Source of the DNA: Cycloclasticus sp.
Lineage (GTDB): Bacteria > Pseudomonadota > Gammaproteobacteria > Methylococcales > Cycloclasticaceae
Reading direction: 5' to 3'
NCBI GenBank assembly: GCA_036961325.1
Contig: JBALVF010000002.1
Location: forward strand, 210,733-274,732
Length of the DNA stretch: 64,000 nt
Below are positions 39,280 through 48,287 of the stretch, piece after piece (position 1 is the first letter of the stretch; each line of letters opens with the position of its first letter). The position numbers and the translations under genes are program-made. The notes beneath the pieces are model-generated. The model made no database searches, was not told where the DNA came from, and saw only the letters and a list, made by a program, of their open reading frames with translations.

Positions 39280-40857
39280 GTGAAAAATAATCAACCTGTA
39301 ACGGGTGTAAATAAAGATTTTAAGGCAGACGTTAACCTCCTTTCAACGACTAATCTAAAAGGCAGCATAACGTATACAAATCCTGAGTTTACTGAAATTA
39401 GCGGTTTTAGCGAGGATGAGTTAAAAGATAAAAATCATAATATAGTCCGCCACCCGGATATGCCTCCAGCTGCCTTTGAGAATTTATGGACTGACATTAA
39501 AGCCGGTAAACCATGGATGGGCATAGTAAAGAATCGTTGTAAAAATGGTGATCATTATTGGGTAGATGCATATGTGATGCCTATTCAGCAAAATGGCGTA
39601 ACCGTTGAATACCAGTCCGTGCGATTCAAACCAAAACCAGAAGCGGTTGGACGTGCAACGCAATTATATAAAAAATTACAAAAAAAAAGAGGAGTCCGAG
39701 ATAAGCTAAATATCCAGTTGAGTTTAAAAAACAAACTGCTTTTAAGTGCTTTTATATCACTACTGCCTGTATTCATTACCACTCAAGTAGAAAACCTTGT
39801 TCAGTACAGCCTGTTAGGGTTTGTGACTTCCTTGTTGTGTATTCTGGCAAGTAATATATGGTTAATGGGTCCTTTTGACGGCCTGGTTAAGGAAGCAAAA
39901 GAGATCTTTGATAACCCTTTAATGAATCGAGTTTATACAGGCCGTAATGATGAGTTCGGGCAGATACAACTCGCACTAAAAATGCAACATTCGCAAATTG
40001 ATTCGATAGTTGGTCGTTTGAGCGATACGACGCGAATTCTGGCTGATATTGCCATTGAAACGGCCGCTAATTCAAGCCAGGCGCATCAAGGCGCATTAAC
40101 CCAACATAACGAAATCTCAGAGGTCGCAACGGCGATGAAGGAGATGGCAAACACAGTACAAGAGGTTGCTAAGAATGCTTCAATGGCGGCCGAATCAACT
40201 GAGCTTGGGTTAAAAGAAGCAGCGAATGGAAATGAAGTCGTTGAGGGTACGATAGCGTCGATCAATGTGCTGGCTGAAGATGTACAAAAAGCGGCTGGAG
40301 TGGTTGAAAATTTATCAGAGTACAGTTCGAATATTGCTGATATTTTGGGCGTCATAAAAAGTATCGCGGAACAAACAAATCTGTTGGCGTTAAATGCTGC
40401 TATTGAAGCAGCAAGGGCTGGTGAGCATGGACGTGGTTTTGCAGTGGTAGCTGATGAGGTTCGTACGTTGGCGGGGCGAACACAAGGTTCAGCTCTTGAA
40501 ATTGAGGCGATGATCGAGCAGCTGATGACAAAAACTCATGACGCTGTAAAAGTGATGACTGAAAGTCGTGAGAAAGCTGAAGATAGTGTTCGACAAGCAA
40601 CTAAGGCGGGTGAGGCACTAGAAACTATCACCACGTCGATTGCTGGTATTGGCAGATTGAATCAACATATTGCTACAGGATCTGAAGTACAAAGTTCTGT
40701 TGCTGATGAAATAGATAAAAATATTGAAAATATTAGTCAACTAGCTAATGAAACAGCGGAAGGCGCAAAGAAAAGTGTCAGCTCTACAAAACAAATGGTT
40801 GAAACCATTCAAAGCTTGAATAATCTGGTGTCGCAGTTTACTAATAAATCTGCATAG
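39280..40857 (+). CDS. aer: Aerotaxis receptor (PAS + MCP)
   Basis: Aer-type PAS ([14 protein letters not shown]...GDHYWV), short membrane anchor, MCP core [21 protein letters not shown]. Confidence 0.9.
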   Translation: MKNNQPVTGVNKDFKADVNLLSTTNLKGSITYTNPEFTEISGFSEDELKDKNHNIVRHPDMPPAAFENLWTDIKAGKPWMGIVKNRCKNGDHYWVDAYVMPIQQNGVTVEYQSVRFKPKPEAVGRATQLYKKLQKKRGVRDKLNIQLSLKNKLLLSAFISLLPVFITTQVENLVQYSLLGFVTSLLCILASNIWLMGPFDGLVKEAKEIFDNPLMNRVYTGRNDEFGQIQLALKMQHSQIDSIVGRLSDTTRILADIAIETAANSSQAHQGALTQHNEISEVATAMKEMANTVQEVAKNASMAAESTELGLKEAANGNEVVEGTIASINVLAEDVQKAAGVVENLSEYSSNIADILGVIKSIAEQTNLLALNAAIEAARAGEHGRGFAVVADEVRTLAGRTQGSALEIEAMIEQLMTKTHDAVKVMTESREKAEDSVRQATKAGEALETITTSIAGIGRLNQHIATGSEVQSSVADEIDKNIENISQLANETAEGAKKSVSSTKQMVETIQSLNNLVSQFTNKSA

Positions 40858-40962
40858 CGGGTTTTGTAGTCGGCTTAACTAGTTAATAGGCGTCCTACTG
40901 TGCCGTGGCAGATGGTAACAATTGTCGTAGCCGAATACCTCCAGCCTACAGGTAATGAGTTC

Positions 40963-42666
40963 TTATTTAATGAGAATAAATATGATATTTGCCAATAGGC
41001 TTAATAAAGCAATGCTTTTCCAGAAGATTAAAGGGTTGCGCTCTATTAATGGCGTGTGCTTTTTTTCGATAAACAGCTTGTTCGGATAGGACAGGTCGTG
41101 GATAAATTCAGATATTTCTTCATATCGCTTTGATGGGTTTCTCTTGACGATTTTTCTAATGGCTCCGTCCACCCATAGGGGAATATCAGGGTTGAATTGT
41201 TGTGCGGGGATGTATTGCAATTTACTCAGTGCTTTTTCGCCGTATTTCTCTCCGAAAGGCAGTTTTCCGGTGAGCATTTCATAAGTAATGACGCCGAGAG
41301 AAAAAGCATCTGAACGTGTGCTCGGCTGTTGCCCCATCAGGTATTCCGGTGCCGTGTAGTGTTGTGTTCCCAATAGGTTGAGGCGTAGAACGGGAGTCGC
41401 TATTTCTTCGATACCGGCAATTTTAGTCGAGCCGAAGTCTATAATGATGACCGTACCCTGGGTGTCGATAATGATGTTTTCAGGCTTCAGATCCTGATGA
41501 ATCATTTCTTTGCTATGAAATGCGCGTAGCCCCCGTGCTATCTGGCGCACAATGCCTCTTACATCGTGCACGCTGGGTAGTGGGTTGTCGCTCATCCAGT
41601 GCCTTAAGGTTTGGCCTTCGATATACTCTGTTACGTAATATAGGAATTGTCTGGGACGGGTCTGCTCGATAATTTTTAAAACATGGTTATTATCCAGGCG
41701 TCGACCAACCCATTCTTCATGCACGAACATATCGAGGTAAGTGGGGTCGTCAACGTAATTGATAGAGGGTGTTTTAATCACCACATGAGCGCCGGTATCT
41801 TCATCGGTTGCAAGATACAGCTGGGTGCGATTACTGGCGTGCAGTTCACGTTCAATACGATATCCATCCAGGATCATGCCGGCGTTTAAATCAGGCGGGA
41901 AGGGTAGCTCGGTTAATTTACGGTAGACTTCCTGATCATTAATTTGCGGTAGTTGATTGAAGCGAACGACCTGACAACTGACGTTGTCATCGCTGCCCGC
42001 TTTCATCGCTAAGGATGTGATTTCACGCGCAGCGCGGTCTAAATTGTTGGCGTTATCATTAACCTTCTCCAACATAAGACTATCGCTAACAAACTCGTGC
42101 ACGCCGTCGGTGGTTAATAAAAAGGTATCACCTTGTTCGAGTAAAAAATTGCTGTAGTCGATTTCTAAGTGCAGGTCGATACCCATGGCGCGCGTCAGAT
42201 AGTTCTTATCTTTAGAGACCCAAAAACGATGATCCTGGGTTAAACATTCTAGTTTAGCTTGCCGTATCCGGTAGATCCGTGTGTCACCGATATGAAATAG
42301 GTGTACCGTTGAGGACTTAACGATCAGAGCGCTCATCGTCGTGGCTAGCCCTTTATAAGCGTGGCTACTTTGCTGCGCCATTCCTAACATCCAGCGATTG
42401 GTCGCCACCAGCACTTTTTGTGCGGATGTTTTTACCGTCCAGGAGTCGGGGGTGCAGTAATAATCGCTCAATAAACTTTTAACGCACGTTTCACTCGCCA
42501 GTTTGCCCGCTTCGCAACCGCTGACACCATCGGCGATAACAATGACGATGCCTTTTTGTTCTAAAACGGGAGACTCGGGCAATAAGACGCCGTAACTATC
42601 CTGGTTCTCCTCTTTAACCCCTTTATCAGAAGATTGTCCGAGATCAATTAAAGCGTTTGATTGCAT
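40963..42666 (-). CDS. Bifunctional PP2C phosphatase / Ser-Thr protein kinase
   Basis: NQDS, ADGVSG, HIGDTR, TTDGVH, DDNVS (PP2C); VVIK, HQDLKPEN, DFG, APE (kinase). Confidence 0.92.
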   Translation of the reverse strand: MQSNALIDLGQSSDKGVKEENQDSYGVLLPESPVLEQKGIVIVIADGVSGCEAGKLASETCVKSLLSDYYCTPDSWTVKTSAQKVLVATNRWMLGMAQQSSHAYKGLATTMSALIVKSSTVHLFHIGDTRIYRIRQAKLECLTQDHRFWVSKDKNYLTRAMGIDLHLEIDYSNFLLEQGDTFLLTTDGVHEFVSDSLMLEKVNDNANNLDRAAREITSLAMKAGSDDNVSCQVVRFNQLPQINDQEVYRKLTELPFPPDLNAGMILDGYRIERELHASNRTQLYLATDEDTGAHVVIKTPSINYVDDPTYLDMFVHEEWVGRRLDNNHVLKIIEQTRPRQFLYYVTEYIEGQTLRHWMSDNPLPSVHDVRGIVRQIARGLRAFHSKEMIHQDLKPENIIIDTQGTVIIIDFGSTKIAGIEEIATPVLRLNLLGTQHYTAPEYLMGQQPSTRSDAFSLGVITYEMLTGKLPFGEKYGEKALSKLQYIPAQQFNPDIPLWVDGAIRKIVKRNPSKRYEEISEFIHDLSYPNKLFIEKKHTPLIERNPLIFWKSIALLSLLANIIFILIK

Positions 42667-42682
42667 CTGCGTCTCTTTAGTT

Positions 42683-44149
42683 TTAGGTCACATCAATTAG
42701 CTGAACAGTGCCATCTTCGAGGACTTCAGCCGTTTGACCTTTTGGTTCTTGTAAAAATATAAACATTAATAATAGTACCAGTCCGGCAGTAGCGCCAATC
42801 ACCATAAAAAATACCTGCGGTGAAACAAACGATAAAACGGTCAAAAAGGTTAAGCCCCCAACGTTACCATACGCACCGACCATGCCCGCAACCTGCCCCG
42901 TCATGCGACGCTGGATCAATGGTACCATCGCATACACCGCGCCAGAACCGCCTTTGGCAAACAGACCGCACATAATCGTACATAAAACCACCATCGGAAC
43001 CGCCCACGTTGGGCTGACTTGCGCCAGAATTAAAAACGTTACCGTGATGCCGGAAAACAAAATGACCAATGATTTTTTACGGCCTATTTTGTCGCTTAAT
43101 ATACCGCCACCAGGGCGCGCTACCAAATTCATTACGGGGTAAATTGCGGCCAACAAACCAGCCGTGACCGGCGATAGGCCGAACATATCAATATAAAATA
43201 ATGGCAACATAGAAACCAGTGCTAGTTCTGAGCCAAAGGTCACCATATAGGCGAGATCCAAAATCGCAACCTGTTTAAATTGATAACGGAATAAGTCGGG
43301 TACCGGCTTGGTAAAAATGTCTTTATTGACCTTAATAATTTGCCAGGCTTGATAACTATAAATAGCGACAATAGTGATATAGCCGATGTTGGCCGTTTGT
43401 TCGCTCATCCACGCCATTCCTGTAGGCGAGAGCTTCCAGATCAATAAGCCCAGCGCACCATAGATAGGCGTGCTCATCAGTAAATAAAGAACGAGGTCGC
43501 CTTTACTCGTGACCTCCATGCCGCCCACCTTTTTGGGTTTAAAGTATGTGGACCCTTTTGGTGTGTCGGTGACGGCAAAATAATAATAAACACCATAACT
43601 GCTCGCAATAATGGCAGTGATAGTTAAGGCATAACGCCATCCATCTTCGCCACCAAGCCACAAAGCTAAACTGGGTAAGATCATTGCGGAGGCGGCAGAA
43701 CCAAAATTCCCCCAACCACCATAAATACCCTGAGCTAACCCCGTTTGTCTAGCGGGGAACCATTCGCCAATCATGCGAATACCGACGACAAATCCCGCGC
43801 CGACAAAACCCAATAAGAACCGAGCCAATGCGAGTTGTTGAAAGGTCTGAGCCCAGGCAAAAAATAAACATAAAAACCCCGATACCACTAAAATGCCAGA
43901 AAACATTCTACGCGGACCATAACTGTCAACCATCATGCCGACGACGATTCGAGCGGGGATGGTCAGGGCTACATTAAGTATCAGTAAAACGGATACTTCC
44001 TGATTGCTTAGATTGAAGACATCACGAATAACAGACATTAATGGCGCGTGGTTGAACCACACCATGAAGCTTATAAAGAAGGCGATCCAGGTCGAGTGTA
44101 AAATTCGGATGTTACCGGTGAAAGAGAATAAGTTTATTTTTTGCGACAT
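42683..44149 (-). CDS. narK: NarK/NRT2-family nitrate/nitrite MFS transporter
   Basis: Nitrate-signature motifs GIYGGWGNFG, YMVTFGSEL, ARPGGGILSD, AGMVGAYGNVGG. Confidence 0.92.
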   Translation of the reverse strand: MSQKINLFSFTGNIRILHSTWIAFFISFMVWFNHAPLMSVIRDVFNLSNQEVSVLLILNVALTIPARIVVGMMVDSYGPRRMFSGILVVSGFLCLFFAWAQTFQQLALARFLLGFVGAGFVVGIRMIGEWFPARQTGLAQGIYGGWGNFGSAASAMILPSLALWLGGEDGWRYALTITAIIASSYGVYYYFAVTDTPKGSTYFKPKKVGGMEVTSKGDLVLYLLMSTPIYGALGLLIWKLSPTGMAWMSEQTANIGYITIVAIYSYQAWQIIKVNKDIFTKPVPDLFRYQFKQVAILDLAYMVTFGSELALVSMLPLFYIDMFGLSPVTAGLLAAIYPVMNLVARPGGGILSDKIGRKKSLVILFSGITVTFLILAQVSPTWAVPMVVLCTIMCGLFAKGGSGAVYAMVPLIQRRMTGQVAGMVGAYGNVGGLTFLTVLSFVSPQVFFMVIGATAGLVLLLMFIFLQEPKGQTAEVLEDGTVQLIDVT

Positions 44150-44185
44150 TGCGGTTGGGTCTCCATTGACGTATCCAATGTCCTA

Positions 44186-44201
44186 AGCAATGGCTATGCC
44201 A
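44186..44201 (-). promoter_or_regulatory. sigma54 -24/-12 promoter for narK
   Basis: Minus strand TGGCAT-AGCCA-TTGCT, 37 nt before the narK ATG. Confidence 0.8.
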
Positions 44202-44263
44202 ACTAGCCAAGTGATTGTTAATTAATAATATTTTCTATTTTTTGAGAAATTTAATTATTTTAC

Positions 44264-44278
44264 GCACTAAAGTGGTGC
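44264..44278. promoter_or_regulatory. NtrC-type enhancer site
   Basis: GCAC-N7-GTGC (GCACTAAAGTGGTGC) between two divergent sigma54 promoters; half-site TGCACT near 44294. Confidence 0.7.
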
Positions 44279-44392
44279 GCATATTGACTTTCTTGCACTG
44301 CAATAAAACATAGCGACTTAAAGTAGTATTATTGAAAATACAAAAAAACTTCATTCACCTTTATATCAATAACTTAGAGTTTAAAAATTAGA

Positions 44393-44408
44393 TGGCATGT
44401 AATTTGCT
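44393..44408 (+). promoter_or_regulatory. sigma54 -24/-12 promoter for the nirB operon
   Basis: TGGCAT-GTAAT-TTGCT, 38 nt before the nirB ATG. Confidence 0.82.
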
Positions 44409-44445
44409 CTAACTTCACGAATACAATAAGCAACTGGGAATTAGG

Positions 44446-46971
44446 ATGAGTCAACCGAAGTTAGTCGTCATTGGTAATGGCATGGTAGGGCATAAGTTTT
44501 TGCAAGCCATGGTCAACAACGAGAGCAATAAGAAATATGAGATTATTACGTTTTGTGAAGAAACACGGCTAGCTTATGACCGAGTTCAGTTAACTTCTTT
44601 TTTTAACGGTAAAACAGCCGACGATCTATCTTTAGTAGAACCTGGCTTCTTCGAAGAAAACAATATCACCGTTCATACGGGTGATAGAGCAGCGCATATC
44701 GACCGTGATAAGCAGGTCGTTACTTCGGCCAACGGAATCAGCGTTGCATACGATAAGCTGGTGTTAGCGACGGGATCATTTCCATTTGTACCGCCTATTC
44801 CTGGCAATGAAAGAAAAAATTGCTTCGTCTATCGCACCATAGACGACCTAAACGATATCGCAACAGCTGGGAAAACGTCTAAGGTTGGCGTGGTTATCGG
44901 TGGTGGTTTATTAGGCCTTGAAGCCGCTAAAGCATTAAAAGATTTGGGTTTAAAAACACACGTTGTTGAATTTGCTCCTCGTTTGATGGCGGTGCAAATC
45001 GACGACGGTGCGGGTGCGTTGTTACGTAAAAAGATCGAGGAACTGGACGTAAGCGTACATACACAGAAGAACACGAAAAATATAGTTGATGGCGAAGAGT
45101 GCGTACACCGTATGAACTTTGCGGACGGCACACACATTGAAACAGACGTTATTCTTTTCTCAGCGGGTATTCGCCCAAGAGATGATATAGCACGAGATTG
45201 CGACTTAACCCTGGGCGCACGTGGCGGCATTGTTATCGATGATAACTGCCTGACATCGGATGAAAATATCTACGCCATCGGTGAGTGTGCGTTATGGGAC
45301 GGCAAAATATTTGGCTTGGTCGCGCCAGGTTATCAAATGGCGCAAGTCGTTGCCGATCAATTGTCGGACAAGCAAAATGCTTTTACCGGCGCAGATATGA
45401 GTACCAAATTAAAATTGATGGGTGTGGACGTCGCCAGCATCGGTGATGCACACGCAGCCACGGCGGGCGCGAAAGTTTATACCTACGTAAATGGCGCCGA
45501 TGATGTTTATAAGAAGATCGTCGTCAGCGAAGATAACAAGCGCTTATTGGGTGCTGTGCTGATTGGTGATACCGTCGATTACGGTAATCTGTTACAACTT
45601 AAATTGAATGATATCGCCTTACCCGAATACCCCGATGCGCTAATTCTACCGCAACGCGATGGCTCTGCCGCTACCGGTTTGGGCGTTGATGCCTTACCTG
45701 ATAATGCACAAATCTGCTCTTGCTTTGACGTATCAAAAGGCGCGCTTTGCCAAGCGGTATCAGACGGTGCAACGACCTTGGGCGCAATTAAAGAATGTAC
45801 GAGCGCAACAACGGGATGTGGTGGTTGTACGGCCTTGGTTGGACAGGTTCTGAATAAAGAATTAGAAAAACTGGGGATGGATGTTAATACCGACCTGTGC
45901 GAGCACTTTGCTTATACCCGTCAGGAAATGTACCACCTCGTACGCGTTGGTGGCATTAAAACGTTTGACGAAATGATTGAAAAACACGGTAAGGGATACG
46001 GTTGTGACATTTGTAAACCAACCACCGCGTCCATACTAGCGTCTTGCTGGAATGACTACGTATTAGAAAAGCCGCACGCCGGTCTGCAAGACACCAATGA
46101 TCGTTACCTGGCCAATATTCAAAAAAATGGCACATATTCGATTGTTCCGCGAATTGCCGCTGGTGAAATCACCCCCGATAAATTGATCGTACTGGGTCAG
46201 GTGGGTAAAAAATATAATTTGTACTGCAAAATCACTGGCGGTCAACGCGTGGACTTATTTGGTGCACGGCAGGAAGAGCTACCGCTTATCTGGAAAGAGT
46301 TAATTGACGCTGGTTTTGAAACCGGGCATGCCTATGGCAAATCGTTACGTACCGTTAAATCTTGCGTCGGCAGTACCTGGTGTCGTTATGGCGTTGCCGA
46401 TAGTGTAACGACCGCGATTGATTTAGAAAATCGTTATAAAGGTTTACGTTCGCCACATAAATTAAAGTTTGCCGTATCGGGTTGTACCCGTGAATGTGCA
46501 GAAGCCCAGAGCAAAGACGTGGGCCTTATCGCGACCGAAAACGGTTGGAATTTGTACCTGTGCGGTAACGGCGGAATGAAACCAAGACACGCCGATTTAT
46601 TCGCAACCGACCTGGATTATGAAACGGTGATCAAATATATCGACCGTTTCCTGATGTTCTATGTAAAAACGGGTGATCGTTTACAGCGCACCTCGACCTG
46701 GATGATGAATTTGGAAGGCGGCATTGATTATCTACGCGAAGTCGTTATCGAAGATTCACTTGGCTTGGCAGAAACGTTTGAGGAAGAAATGAAAACGGTC
46801 ATCGAGACGTATCAATGTGAGTGGAAAACAACCGTTGAAAGCGAAGAGAAATCTAAAACGTTCAACGCGTTTGTGAACTCAGATAAAGGCGATAGCCAAA
46901 TCGTATTCGTGCCGGAGCGCGATCAAATACGGCCCGCGCGTAAAGATGAAATTGTGGCAAAACTTAATTAA
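44446..46971 (+). CDS. nirB: NAD(P)H-dependent nitrite reductase large subunit
   Basis: GNGMVG and GGGLLGLE nucleotide-binding motifs, two BFD-like Cys clusters, KSCVGSTWC, GCTRECAE siroheme/Fe-S motif. Confidence 0.96.
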   Translation: MSQPKLVVIGNGMVGHKFLQAMVNNESNKKYEIITFCEETRLAYDRVQLTSFFNGKTADDLSLVEPGFFEENNITVHTGDRAAHIDRDKQVVTSANGISVAYDKLVLATGSFPFVPPIPGNERKNCFVYRTIDDLNDIATAGKTSKVGVVIGGGLLGLEAAKALKDLGLKTHVVEFAPRLMAVQIDDGAGALLRKKIEELDVSVHTQKNTKNIVDGEECVHRMNFADGTHIETDVILFSAGIRPRDDIARDCDLTLGARGGIVIDDNCLTSDENIYAIGECALWDGKIFGLVAPGYQMAQVVADQLSDKQNAFTGADMSTKLKLMGVDVASIGDAHAATAGAKVYTYVNGADDVYKKIVVSEDNKRLLGAVLIGDTVDYGNLLQLKLNDIALPEYPDALILPQRDGSAATGLGVDALPDNAQICSCFDVSKGALCQAVSDGATTLGAIKECTSATTGCGGCTALVGQVLNKELEKLGMDVNTDLCEHFAYTRQEMYHLVRVGGIKTFDEMIEKHGKGYGCDICKPTTASILASCWNDYVLEKPHAGLQDTNDRYLANIQKNGTYSIVPRIAAGEITPDKLIVLGQVGKKYNLYCKITGGQRVDLFGARQEELPLIWKELIDAGFETGHAYGKSLRTVKSCVGSTWCRYGVADSVTTAIDLENRYKGLRSPHKLKFAVSGCTRECAEAQSKDVGLIATENGWNLYLCGNGGMKPRHADLFATDLDYETVIKYIDRFLMFYVKTGDRLQRTSTWMMNLEGGIDYLREVVIEDSLGLAETFEEEMKTVIETYQCEWKTTVESEEKSKTFNAFVNSDKGDSQIVFVPERDQIRPARKDEIVAKLN

Positions 46972-46985
46972 GCGATAAGAAACGG

Positions 46986-47345
46986 ATGAATACTCAAATG
47001 GTTAATGAATTAAATAATAATGAAATTGATATCTGTGCGTTAACGGATCTTATTGAAGATGCCGGTATAGCAGCCTTGCTTGATGAGCTGCAGATCGCCC
47101 TGTTTTACGTTAAAAAAACAGAGCAAGTGTTTGCCCTAAGTAACTACGACCCGTTTAGTGAAGCAAACGTACTATCGCGTGGCATTATCGGAAGCATTGG
47201 TGATGAACTGGTCGTCGCTTCGCCGATCTACAAGCAGCATTTTAATCTTGCTACGGGACAATGTATTGAAGACGACAGCGTCGCCGTAACGGCTTACCCT
47301 GTAACAATAAAAAATGGCCGAATTCTTGTCGGTTTCGCCAGCTAA
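46986..47345 (+). CDS. nirD: Nitrite reductase small subunit
   Basis: NYDPFSEANVLSRG...VASPIYKQHFNL. Confidence 0.95.
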   Translation: MNTQMVNELNNNEIDICALTDLIEDAGIAALLDELQIALFYVKKTEQVFALSNYDPFSEANVLSRGIIGSIGDELVVASPIYKQHFNLATGQCIEDDSVAVTAYPVTIKNGRILVGFAS

Positions 47346-47359
47346 ATAAAGGCTTACTT

Positions 47360-48274
47360 ATGAATACAACGTATTACACCTTAGATGTTTTTACTAAAAC
47401 GGCGTTCCAGGGAGCGCAGATAGCTGTTTTTCCATTTGCAGAAAACTTGTCTGATGACCTGCTTCCGCTCATTGCTAAAGAACTTAATTTATCGGAAACG
47501 GTTTTTATTTATCCGTCGGAAGAAGGCAGTAATACGTTTAATATTAGAATTTTTTCCCCCAGAGGTGAGGTGGATTTTGCCGGTCATCCGATCCTGGCGA
47601 CCGCGCATGTATTAGCAGAAACAGGTCAGTTATCAATACAGGGCGATTATACGAGCATCACCTTGAATGAGAAATCAAAAACGATTGTTGCCAATATTTC
47701 CTTGCATGAGTCGGCAAATAAATTTGTCCAGTTCACCCTTCAATGTAACCCCGAAGTGGACCGTTTTACGCCACCTACTGAAGAGTTAGCGCGCTTTCTA
47801 TCGATTGATGAAAGTGATATTGATCAAACCCATTTTCATACCCGTTTAGTATCTGAAGGCCTGCCTTATTTAGTCGTGCCATTGTTGTCCCAAAGCGCTG
47901 TTAGACGAGCGCAATTCGATATTAAGGCGTGGAGTGAGTCCAGTGCGCCCGAAATGGCGGCACAGGAAATTCTTCTATTCAGTGCGAAAACGAATTCGAG
48001 CGATAGTAACTTTCATGGCCGTTTAGTGGGGCCGAGTATCGGCTTTAACGAAGATCCACCGATTGGTTCAGCGATGCCCGCTTTTTGTGGCTACCTGGCT
48101 TCGCACGATCATATTAGAAAAGGCACTTACAGTTTCGCGATCGATCGTGGCACGGTCGTAACGCGAAGAAGCTTATTACATATCGAAATGGATAAGCGCG
48201 TAGGTTGGCCGTTAACACTGAGGGTAGGCGGTGATTCGGTCTTAGTCAGCAAAAACGAACTACTGGTCAACTAA
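47360..48274 (+). CDS. PhzF-family isomerase-like protein
   Basis: DVFT, ELNLSETVF, EVDFAGHP, EDPPIGSA motifs; embedded in the nir/nas operon. Confidence 0.85.
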   Translation: MNTTYYTLDVFTKTAFQGAQIAVFPFAENLSDDLLPLIAKELNLSETVFIYPSEEGSNTFNIRIFSPRGEVDFAGHPILATAHVLAETGQLSIQGDYTSITLNEKSKTIVANISLHESANKFVQFTLQCNPEVDRFTPPTEELARFLSIDESDIDQTHFHTRLVSEGLPYLVVPLLSQSAVRRAQFDIKAWSESSAPEMAAQEILLFSAKTNSSDSNFHGRLVGPSIGFNEDPPIGSAMPAFCGYLASHDHIRKGTYSFAIDRGTVVTRRSLLHIEMDKRVGWPLTLRVGGDSVLVSKNELLVN

Positions 48275-48287
48275 GCGCGAGACAAGC

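Noticed and set aside
39278-39283. ATG-TGA minigene overlapping the aer GTG start
   Set aside because: Could be coincidental; there is no evidence of a regulatory role.
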